Below, piece by piece: positions 23,601-34,294 of a stretch of DNA of 64,000 nt (within the stretch, counting starts at the first letter, position 1; every line of letters begins with the position of its first letter). The notes under the pieces were generated by a model, which was not told where the DNA came from, ran no database searches, and worked only from the letters and a program-made list of their open reading frames with translations. Position numbers and translations under genes: made by a program. The DNA is from Lingula anatina (lineage: Eukaryota > Animalia > Brachiopoda). The stretch lies in NCBI GenBank assembly GCA_051362555.1, contig CM120644.1, positions 24,884,534 to 24,948,533 on the forward strand. Reading direction: 5' to 3'.

Positions 23601-24612
23601 GATCATAGAGTAGCATTGACGGATATATTGGTTTTCGTTTTTCGTATCATTTAACCTAAAAATATGTTTTATTGTGTGCTTTGTCTTGAACGCAGGTATA
23701 TCGTTTTTTACTTTATGTATGTATTTATATTTGTTCCAGTTAAAGTCTATTTCAGTTAAAAGCCTTGTAGTTTTACAGTTGTTTTTTTTTACCCTTCCAT
23801 TATGCTTTGGAGGCCATTTTTATTAAAATAACTTGAAAAAATGAAATAAATGATCGCACTGTAAACATAAATATGCAATGATGAACAAAGGAGTGAAGCA
23901 TTAATTTTTTGTTTTGACTGTATGGCTCTTGCTATTCATTTTACAAATTGACGGCCATCTTGAATTTTGAAAAATTATCAACATCTCGTACGTATCAACT
24001 GGCAAATATAGTCAAGCTTATAAGCTTCTCTAAGTTTTGTAACCCAGATGAAATAATTTCTTTTAAAAAAGGTTGCAAGATATAACATAGCAAGCTTTGG
24101 CTATGGGGCTCGTCGAAGTGGCAAATGGACTCTTAGGAGATGGCACCGTCTGCCACCGTCTGATTAATGTCAAATAAGCAGTTAATGAGAGTTTAGGATC
24201 ATGACTAACAAATGATCATAATGGACATAAATAAAAAAGGCGGATATGTTTTTAATAAGGCTAAATTTGCAAAAAATTAACTTATTTTGCAGTGTTTTTT
24301 ACTTTCTGCCATATAATTTGACGGCCATTTTGGTTTTTTTGCTATATGTAACGGGTTTAAGTGTATTCAATAGTACTGTTGTGCTATCCTGATAGGATAC
24401 ACGTCCAAAAAAGCTGTCAATAAAGTTTACCCGGCGACTTCTGGTCGTTTTTCTATTTTTCCTCATAAATTGACGGCCATATTTAAAAATGCTCAAGGTC
24501 TCAGAAATAGCAACCAAGCTAATTTTGCTTCTCTCGGCCTGAAGAATGCATTTCAGCAAAAAAAGTTTACAGGGAAAAACACTGCAGGGTTAGCGTTCTG
24601 GCTACTCGACTA
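20655..24612. mobile_element. Non-autonomous Academ-like DNA transposon with inverted arms of about 650 bp
   Basis: Ends TAGTCGAG...CTCGACTA flanked by TTA on both sides (20652-54, 24613-15). Arms 20655-21300 and 23945-24612 are inverted homologues. TAG termini with a 3-bp TSD are typical of Academ. Confidence 0.75.
22135..22900 (-). mobile_element. Decayed Tc1/mariner transposase remnant nested in the Academ-like element
   Basis: RVSTPDQDRYIRLHQLRDKFRHASRTA (HTH region) and SPDMNPIEHLW, in different frames. Confidence 0.8.
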
Positions 24613-25670
24613 TTAGGATTAAAGGGGCCCATATTTCACAGCCGTAGCTAAGTATAGGGAGTATAAGGGTGGAAAAAAGTTTTCTGGCAATTGACGCTGG
24701 GCTAGAAAACAGCTGGTGGCGGATTTTAAAAAATGCTTTTTGTGCTTTGACTTTCAGTACTTCCATGGCTTTATTGAATTTTCCTGAAGGTGTGAATACC
24801 AAACCCAAGTAGCAATATTCTGGGCACATTTCTATCTTTTCGGCTCCTAGAGAAAAGGTTAGGTTATTCAGTAAGCGGCCAGGTTTGTTAAAAATCATTA
24901 CTTTTGTTTTTTGTACATTTACTATCAGCTTCCAGGTTTTACAGTATTCAGCCAAACTATTGAGGGCAGCCTGAAGTCCAGCTGGGCTCTCTGATAATAT
25001 AACGAGGTCATCCGCGTACATTAAACAACTAAGAGGTTTATCCCTTAGGTGAACAGGGTTGTATTTCTCATTGTTGCTGAACAGGTCGGGAATGTCCCTA
25101 ATGAAAATGTTGAACAGTAAGGGACTGAGGACGCAGCCCTGTTTGACACCTACACTTGTATTGATGACGTTTGTCAGTCCCCCTGGTGTTTTTACAGTAA
25201 ACTGGACAGATTTATACATATTACTTATTATATTTAGAAAGATATTTCCTACCCCTGCCAGCTGTAGTTTATATAATAGGGCATTTCTCCATACTGTATC
25301 GTAGGCGCTTGAAAAATCTACGAAACATACATATAGTTTATTTTTATCCATTTTATTGGAGTATTTATCGATGAGTGATTTGAGTACTAGCATATGGTCC
25401 ACTTTACGTGCCCCTCTCATAAAGCCAATTTGGTTAATAGGGATCGTGCTATTTTTAGAAGAAAATGATGTGAGTCTATTATTTAGTATTTTGCAAAATA
25501 ATTTACATAAGTTACTGGATACAGCTATCCCTCTATAATTTTTGGGGTCTTTTTTATCCCCTTTCTTGTGAATAACATTGAGCATACTCACTCTCCAGAG
25601 GGAGGGAAAGTTACCACTGGAGAAGATAGCATTGAACAGTTTAGTGATGGAAAAGGAAGTGCTCTGCACT
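24613..25670 (-). mobile_element. RT portion of the same 5'-truncated RTEX-like LINE
   Basis: NYRGIAV, NQIGF, CFVDFSSAYDTV, GVKQGCVLSPLLF, LMYADD, YCYLG, YGCEIW. Rejoins the 18444 fragment in frame (WAPLIL-FSSSMNN). Confidence 0.92.
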
Positions 25671-28600
25671 GAACATGCAGTTGAATGTCATTAGTCCAAA
25701 ATGAAATGTAAAACTAATTTAATGTTGCTTTACTGTACTTAAAGCAATAATAACTCTTCCTTTGAGATTCAAAATCCCGCAAGAAATTCATTGTAAACAA
25801 CGCCTGGAAATATATTCTATTGCATTTTCCCACTAAAACGACTGTTATTGTAGTAAAACTAAAATCTGTGCTTGTCACTTGGGCTTTCGATCCCTTTTTT
25901 CGCGGTCGACAAGTGTATCCGTTGCCAATGACGTTTAGGTGTCACGCGGATTCTCGCGTCCATTCGAGACCAATATAACATGGCAGGAAACCCTCAGACG
26001 TAAGTTGCGAGTTTTTGTACAGTGCGTCGGATAACGAAAAGCCCTTAATTGCACACATTGTAGATATAAATGCATTTTGAGCAAAAAGACGAACATATCT
26101 TATAAATCTTATAATATTGTTATATAGTGTTGTTGTTGTCTGCTTTTCCCGCGGTTTTAAGTAGGTCACCAGAGAGGGCTCCGTCAGTTAAAATCTCTTA
26201 AGAGATTTTAACAAAAAACCGTACGTTTAGGAAAAAAAACCTGGATTAACTTTGAATGCAGGAATGGGGTCGTTGACCATTGGTAAGTACGGGAAAATTG
26301 CCGTTTTTTCTAGGAAAATCGTATTTTTGGCCAAAACGAAGAGTTATTATGACTTTAAGATGTTAACTGAAAAATATATTATATATGTTCAAGAAAAATA
26401 AGATAGCCCATGTGTTTTTGTATTTTATTGCCGTGTGCCAAGTTTGACAGTTATGGCCGATACCACTGTGTGAATTGCGCAATCCCTTCACCCCCCCCCC
26501 CCCCCAAATAAAAATCAGTTTTTAAAGTAGAAAGGTACAGTACCTAAACAACGCCTTCCTTTCTGTTGACGCCAAAGTCGTTGCGTACGCAAATATATCA
26601 TTTTTAAACATATTAAAATATGTTATCGAGATAAATATATTTGAGATAAATATATTTGCCACTCTCCCAGGTGAGAAATCTGATCTATTTGCCAGAAGTA
26701 CAGTCTTGCCCCCACCACGACATGAAAAACCCAGCTAGAGAGTGCACGTAATTGAGTAACTTTGATTTGTTGCCAAGTCTGCCTCTAGTTTTTAATATAA
26801 GAATTATATTCAATTGGTATTACACCTGAAAAACTCCTCAATTTGTCGTTAATCAGTTTCGAAATCTTAAACCATGACGTATCCAAATGATGAGAGTTTT
26901 CTAAGCAGTTATGACGTCTGAAAACTATTTTCCTGGGAATCTTGTCAGAGGAACGTATATAGGGCTGTCTGAATTTTCTTCGTAATCGGAAGCCCCCTGG
27001 CGTAAAGTTCACGTCTTTATAGAATTGATTTGTGGTAAAAAAAAATAATAAAAAAGTTTCATATGAAAATAGTTCGTGTCAATGGCACTTTGACCTCTCT
27101 TTTGCTTGCGAATATTTCTCTGAGAATAATCTTTTCGGTAAATTCGGTAACAAGGTTTGTGGAGGGGGTGAGAATACACAGTGTATTGTCTCGAGATGTC
27201 AAAGGAGACGAGGCAATAAAACATTTCTACGCCTATAATATTTAAAATTATTTTGTATTTTTAAGTTATTGACGTTAAGCCAAACAATGTTAGACAGAAA
27301 TGGAGGGGGGGGGGGGGCAGGTGAGTAGAAGAAATTAGCTGTACATGTAAAAGAGGTCTGTGGGATGCCAACTGCCCCCTTCTCCTTCTACAGAGATTTA
27401 TTCCAATCTGTCTCATATGGGTACAGATCTGCTCCTCTTACCTCCCCTTCAGCACTTGTCTTAGCCTACGAGATTGAATGCCTTCCACACTATGACTGCA
27501 GATGTAATGTGAACAGTTGAACTGATCAAATAAATATCTGTAGATATATTACCATATTTCATTTGCATTGTTATCTTTATGTTTCATATCTTGACTCCAA
27601 GGAGTTTTAAGAATAAAGAAATGTTTCTGACTTGGAGGAAAAAATGCTTTTACCAGGAAATCGAGCTTGCCACAGTTTGCTACTTTGTGTATCAATATAT
27701 TAATAGTTTTAAAACGAGTTGTCAAGAACGTTTACCACAACAAGAATCATTGCCTATCACCAGAGATTTCTCTTGTTGTTGAGAGCCCCCTGGTGGAGGG
27801 TAGAAAATTGATATGAACTAAACTCACGCTTTCGCAGTGATGACGATCCATTACGTTATGTAGTTTCATTAAGTAAAATGCACTTGAGCTTTTTTAACGT
27901 CTTAGAATCCAAAATGAGAGCGTTTTTTATTCTTCGTTGCTACTGTTGTGTCAAGAAGTTTGCAATTTTGTCATTTTTAAATGATTTTCTTCTAAAAAGC
28001 AGACGACATTGTGCCCAGTTTTCCGGATGAAGTCCACCTAAGTGTCGTCTGCTGCAGTTGGATCCAGTAACGAGCTGTGAATTGTTTTGGGAAATCAAGA
28101 GAATTAAAGCAGTTAAACAGACTTTGGCAAGCAATCAATCTATCAAATAAATAAATAATTCAGAACGCATTTAGATTAACTCACTAAAAGTGGATTACCC
28201 AAGACTACACTCACCTTTCAGACAGGGACACTAATTGTAAGGAGCGATGGTCGTGGAAATTGTACTCATTACTTGAGTTTGTCTTGCTTCCTGTGTACGT
28301 GGCACACATTCACCACTTACGAAGGGAATGCAAGGCACGACGAAAGTAGTGCCCTTTTGCGTCAGTTTTGCTTCACTCTTGCCTCACACGTTTGTGGTGA
28401 TGTACGGCGAACGTCAGTTTTGTTTCCTGTCCTCCTCTTCTTTCTTCTTCCTCCTCCCTTTTTTTCTGCTCTGTAAGCCTCTTTCTCTTACCTTTTGGAG
28501 GAATATTAGAAACTAAATTGAGCAAACATTTGAAAATTTTGAAAATTGTTGTCCACGTTACATCGTCGACGTTCATATAAAAACACGAGCGTGCGTCGCA

Positions 28601-29071
28601 CGGCTTTTATACACCAGGCGTGGGGGTGACACACGTGCTATTGACGCCAAAGTCGTCATTCCCAGTGTACTCTCGTCTTTGTTCGTTAGTTGTGAGGGCG
28701 TGCGCCTTACTCAACACGCAAACGGTACTTGTTCCTTCATTGCTTGCGACGCGCGTCTTGCACAACTCGCGTCTTTCATGCTCACTCCGTGCGAGGGGAG
28801 CAAATTACGGTTGCGGTCTCGCTGTTCGCAGGCTATTCGTAGAATCTTTTGGACATGTCCAACATTCTCCATACGTACTTACGGGCTGTCTGCGAACTCG
28901 AAATATCGTAAGAAGGACTTGCGGAGGACGTGAGATTCTGCACTAAATTTAAACGTAAACAGCCCGTAAGAGCTCGTACGGCCGGTTGTAACCGAGGCTT
29001 AACTTCCGATTCCTAGCTGAATTTTGTCGGCTGTTCAATTATATTGAATAATATTGTCAAAACAGTTATTT

Positions 29072-29143
29072 TGGAGATGCCGGGGATTGAACCCGGGGCC
29101 TCACACATGCAAAGCGTGCGCTCTACCACTGAGCTACATCCCC
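29072..29143 (-). tRNA. trnA-UGC: tRNA-Ala (UGC)
   Basis: GGGGATGTAGCTCAGTGGTAGAGCGCACGCTTTGCATGTGTGAGGCCCCGGGTTCAATCCCCGGCATCTCCA: full cloverleaf, G3:U70 alanine identity pair, A and B boxes, T-run downstream. Confidence 0.97.
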
Positions 29144-29898
29144 GCACGATACCATATACGACGCATATATCAATTATTTGATAATTACACATTCAGCAAA
29201 TACATATGTGCAAAAAAACATCACAATATGGTTTCTGTTGAAGCTTAAAAGTGTAATTTTTAAAAAAAATATCAATCTATCAAATAAATAAGTAATGGTT
29301 CCACTTAAATTTGCCTTTCCTTACACCTGCACGTACATGGAGCGAACATACATGTACACTGTATGGATAATGGTTAATGAATCCATTTTTACATTCAAAG
29401 TTAGACCCTGTTTTTATACTTAAAGGTTTGTCGTTTTGTTATAAAATCTAAACAGAGTGTAGCCATCAGTGGAGGTCACGTGGTCTAAAAAACGAGCTCA
29501 GATATCAGAATAATAGCTATAACAGCCGGCTTTGTTGTACAGCAGAATGTATTATATATCTACGAGTTGTTCACAATGTTTTTATTTTGAAATGTAGCTA
29601 GATCTCATACGAAGAAGTATTATCCCTGTAATTTATTACCACCATGTAAAAATCGCAAACATAATTCACATAGTAAAATCACATAACAAAATCGTTCTAT
29701 TATAAATAATAAAATCATTATAAAATGTGTTCAGTTTAAACTATAGGACAGACAGGTATCAAAAATTTTTAGAAAGCTTCAGTTAAAAGTATATTACCCG
29801 AGACTACACTCCCCTGTACACGTCCGGATGCACAGCTTAAGGAAGACGGGGTATGTTGACACGTTCTGAACGCAGGCCAAATTACATAATGTCAGTAA

Positions 29899-30131
29899 GA
29901 CCGTATTCAGATTCACTCATCACACTAACTGGATAGGTCAAACTCTGCGGGGAAATTCACGCTAAAGTGCAATCAGTGGAATCAGCTTAATTGTCTGACA
30001 CACCTCCTCGAGCAGCTAGAGAGTAACTATTGTGTGATAACTAACCTGATTCCACTGATTGCACTTAAACGAGAATCCCCAGAAGAGTTGGATCAATTCA
30101 GCTACTGCGACATGTGAATCTGAATGCGACA
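29899..30131. mobile_element. PIF/Harbinger-type MITE just upstream of deaminase 1
   Basis: Long imperfect inverted arms (cgtattcagattcac/gtgaatctgaatgcg; aagtgcaatcagtggaatcag/ctgattccactgattgcactt), with TAA on both sides. Confidence 0.75.
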
Positions 30132-30262
30132 TAAACGGAACGAAGATAAGCTTACTTAAAACTTTGACCTTTTGATGTTTGCGGGTCAAAAACTTACCAG
30201 GCTCATACCCCTGTATATTGCACGGGTGCCGCATATGAATTCTTTATGACCTGAGAGACAAC

Positions 30263-31191
30263 ATGGAAGACAGCCCTGATGATCAGTTTATGCGACGTGC
30301 GATAGAGCTGAGCGCACGTGGCGCCACGTTGGGGGACGGAGAACCTTTTGCTGCAGTGATTGTGAAGGACGGCGAGATCATAGGTGAGTGTCTACTGGGT
30401 ATATATAAGACAGGAGATCTTATATAAGTATAGACCTATATATAAGGCAGGAGATCATACATGAATATGAGTGTCTATATATATTAGACAGGAGATAACC
30501 CTGACTGGGCTAAAACAAAATAACGTTTATATTTTCTGCAGGAGAAGGTTGGAACCACATCATAGTGGACCATGACCCCTCCGCTCACGGCGAGGTAGTG
30601 GCCATCAGAAACACGTGCAGGAAGTTGAAGACACGTGACCTGACCGGATGTGACATCTACACCAGTTGTGAGCCGTGCGCCATGTGTGCTGCCTTGATTG
30701 CTATGACCGGGTTTGTATAGCTGTTTTCTCACAGTTACTGATAATTTAATACTTTAATTATAAAGCTCCAAAAGTGTTCTTTTCTTCATATTGTCTTGAC
30801 ACTTATATAATTACTTATTGCTCATGTTTTATCTCCAGAATTCAGCGGATATTCTATGATACCAACTTGTAGGCAATGACGTCTCACCTGGCTATTTTTC
30901 TTATTTTATCTCCAGAATTCAGGGGATATTCTATGGTACCACCTTGGAGGCAGTGAAGTCTCACTTAGCTATTGTTCTTATTTTATCTCCAGAATACAGC
31001 GAATATTCTATGGCACCACTTTGGAGGCAGTGAAGCCTCACTTCAGCGTTGATTACACTGCAACATACCAGAATCTTCATCTTCCTGTACATCAGCGACA
31101 TCTACCGGCAAGACAACTACTAGCCGAGGAAGCGTACGCGGCAGTCAGTCATACTTTTCCTATAAAAGAGATGCCGGACGCGGACGTTTGA
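30263..31191 (+). CDS. Zinc-dependent nucleobase/nucleoside deaminase 1 (CDA superfamily, GuaD/GSDA-like), 162 aa; exons 30263-30383, 30542-30710, 30993-31191
   Basis: MEDSPDDQFMRRAIELS...EPFAAVIVKDGEIIGEGWN...DPSAHGEVVAIR...IYTSCEPCAMC...IQRIFYG...LPVHQRHLPARQL. HxE and PCxxC motifs present. GT-AG introns give an open 489-nt CDS. Confidence 0.92.
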
Positions 31192-31539
31192 CATTTTTTT
31201 TTCAAAAATTAAAAAGGTTAATAAATATGCTCATAGTCCAGTATGATTTCATCATATTACAATGTGCCATGGAACACATTGTAATTTGGACTAGCGAATA
31301 AGGGGATAACAACTGTTCGCAATTTAGCCATATTTTACTATAAATGCATTATAAGCAGCTCATCGAAATATAATAAATTCCATTGTACCACCAAAAACAG
31401 TGGTTAATGCAATTAATCTAGAATTTGTGCTTGCCATCACATCACGTGATGGCTACACTTTGTAATAATCTCTTAAGAGAATATTACAGAAAAAAAAAAA
31501 AAAAAAAAAAAACGGGACTAATTTTGAATGTGGGAATGG

Positions 31540-31776
31540 AAACAGTGGATTTGAGGGGGTACCTCTTATAAATTTTACTAAATGGTTTAAATGTGTATAT
31601 TTTCACCACTATTTTGCATTTTTTTTTAAACATTAATAATGTTAGACACGGTATCTGTAATAAAAAGCACTATTTTTAACAATTCATAGCTGTGAGGTGA
31701 TCATTTGTAAATAAAAGTACATGGAAATGGGGGTGCAGGGACCACCTTTTTGACGAGTGTTGTATACGCTATACCA
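31540..31776 (+). mobile_element. Solo terminal fragment of the Tc1-derived element at 37092-44542
   Basis: Colinear near-copy of 44325-44546 (gatttgagggggtacc...gtacatggaaatgggggtg...tgttgtata). Confidence 0.85.
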
Positions 31777-31984
31777 TACAGTGTCTATAACGTACAGAGG
31801 CTTATACTGTACTGAGGTCACGAACAAAGGGTGTTTTATCCGCGGTTATGTATCAGCACCTCACCTTGAATTAAGATAGTTTCCATAGTGTGACCTTGGT
31901 GTGACCTTGGTGACATTCAATACTGCTGACCTACATTAAGGCCTCTATCACATTTCTCTTTATTTGACTTGTGTTCTAGACAAA

Positions 31985-34055
31985 ATGGGTGACGCTGGTG
32001 ACGAGCAGTTTATGCAGCGTGCTATAGAGTTAAGTCTTCACGCCGCGGTCTGCGGTGACGGAATACCCTTTGCTGCGGTCATTGTTCAGGACGGCCAGAT
32101 TATAGGTAGGTGCTGGTCATGACTTACCGTAACTAACAACTCATAGCTGGAAGGTAGTAGGGAATACTGCATTTCTAAGCTTTATTCATTCTGTTAGAAG
32201 ACTGAAGTTGACTTATACGGAGGTCTTAAATGTGTACAATCATTGACTTAATTTGTCTGGGGTCCCCTCGTGGAGAGGTTCCCCTCGACGCTGGGACATT
32301 TTGTAAGTTCACCAGGAAGTGATTTTTAAAAATGGTCGAATGCCACTCACTCTCGGTCATTTGATAAGCGGCAAATTCCTTAATGGCCGCATTCAGAACA
32401 GTGGACTAACTGGTCCGCGGGCCAAATATGGCGGCACACTAAAACATTACCATCTAATCCGCTAATGGACACTGAACAGATTTCCCATAGGGAGGTATTC
32501 AATTGGGTCGGCCATATTTGACCCTCGGCTTAGTTAGTCCACTGTTTTGAATACGATCCGTCATAAAGACTTGAAAGCATCCAGACTAGACAAAAGTCTG
32601 GAACCTTATTTATTCATTTATTTATTTTCATTTGATTTCTATTACAATTTTTCGATAAAAGATCATTATGTATGATCGATATTTTTTAACTGTCATTTTC
32701 TCCTTCAGGTGAAGGTTGGAATCGTACAATAGTGGACCATGACCCCTCCGCTCACGGCGAGGTAGTGGCCATCAGAAACACGTGCAGGAAGTTGAAGACA
32801 CGTGACCTGACTGGATGTGACATCTACACCAGCTGTGAGCCGTGCACCATGTGTGCCGCCTTGATTGCCTTCACACGGTACGTATGGGTGAACAAAAAAG
32901 AAGAAATGAAATAACTTACTCATGTCATTGGGAATGAGTATTGTAGTTATCACAATTGTGACAATTTGAATTTGGTAATCATGTTCAAACACGCGTTGTG
33001 TTTCCCCGTTTACATTGAATTATCATTATGCAAATCGCTGTAACAAAGGCACCATCAGAAATCTAAAAAGTACCATTAGAAATAACTTCACAGATTGTGA
33101 GTCAAGTAGACAACACAATTTGGTCAAATCATATTGCATAAATTGTCAAAAACGTACCTTGGAGATGCCGGGGATTGAACCCGGGGCCTCACACATGCAA
33201 AGCGTGCGCTCTACCACTGAGCTACATCCCCGCACGCATCTGTGATGTACACATATTGATAATAGTTTATTCAGCAAATACATATGTGTAATAGAAATCA
33301 TACATCACAAATTGGTTTCTGTTGAGGTCTTAAGTGAAATTTAAAACTGTTAGAATGAATATTAATATTTGAAAAAAAAACTGATTGAAAAGACAGTTGA
33401 ATCAAATTTGGGTTAAACATACAGTATATAAATCCATACAAAATACATATACAGGCACTACCGAGTAGACAGTGGTGGGTTTAGGGGGTAGGGGATGTTG
33501 GGGGAGGGGACTAATAGGCCTATTGCCCTTGTGATATAAGAATTTTAAAGAGCTGAAGCATAGTTCTAAACTGCATTGAATTGCATCGTTTGCCCAAAAC
33601 ACCGAATCCCACACCAGGAGGCAAGGGTCGGCTTCGCATCCGAGGCCTATCATTCATAATAAAATGGACCCCCACCACCAGTTTCAAATAATCCTGGATC
33701 CGCTCTTGGTGCATACTGTACTGAGTACTTATTTTCATCAACTTTTTTATTCGGACTGAAATATCTTCTATCATTTAAATGTTATTTTGTGATTAACTTC
33801 AGTTGGTTTTCATAATTTGATCGCAGTTAAATTGTGTCATTTTTCAGAATTGAACGAATATTTTTCGGCACGACGTTAGAAGCCATAATACCTCACTTCG
33901 ACCTTGACCTCACGGGACTTTGCCGCGACCTTCACCTACCCATCTTGGAGCGCCATCTACCGGCAAAACAACTCATGGCCGTTGAAGCATACAAGGCTGT
34001 GAATGACACATTCCCCAAGAAAGACGAAGAGCAAGAGATAATGTTCCATAATTGA
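31985..34055 (+). CDS. Zinc-dependent deaminase 2 (tandem paralogue), 165 aa; exons 31985-32105, 32709-32877, 33848-34055
   Basis: Same exon 1 and exon 2 lengths (121 and 169 nt) and intron phases as deaminase 1. DPSAHGE and SCEPCTMC intact. Open 498-nt CDS. Confidence 0.92.
32385..32558. mobile_element. Hairpin MITE in intron 1 of deaminase 2
   Basis: Inverted arms cgcattcagaacagtggactaact/agttagtccactgttttgaatacg and caaatatggc/gccatatttg. Confidence 0.75.
33160..33231 (-). tRNA. trnA-UGC: tRNA-Ala (UGC), antisense within intron 2 of deaminase 2
   Basis: Identical 72 nt to the copy at 29072-29143, with a T5 terminator about 8 nt downstream. Confidence 0.97.
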
Positions 34056-34294
34056 ATGTTTTGTTATCTATTAATTTTATTATTTTGCTACAGAAAAAAA
34101 AACACGATGAGTTACAATAAACATTAATTATCTGTTTCAAAAATAAAATTGAATGAATTTAAAGTCGAATTAATTTTTTTTAAACATATATGAGTATAGA
34201 ACAAAAATTTCACGACTGTCTAAATTTAAATTTAAATCTTAATTTTTACCATGTCTTTACATTACGCAAAGAGCCGTTAATGGTAACGCTTGTT

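Noticed and set aside
29054-29248. ORFs here and at 33015-33245; also the idea that the tRNAs are SINE heads
   Set aside because: The ORFs are antisense readings of the tRNA. The tRNAs are perfect, identical and followed directly by T-runs, with no SINE body or tail.
30263-34055. Calling the deaminases ADAT2/TadA or AID/APOBEC
   Set aside because: The PF-A-VIV, SCEPC and LPxxxRxLP pattern fits GuaD/GSDA better, and the TadA/ADAT2 PVG and TxEPC motifs are absent. No gene symbol was assigned.
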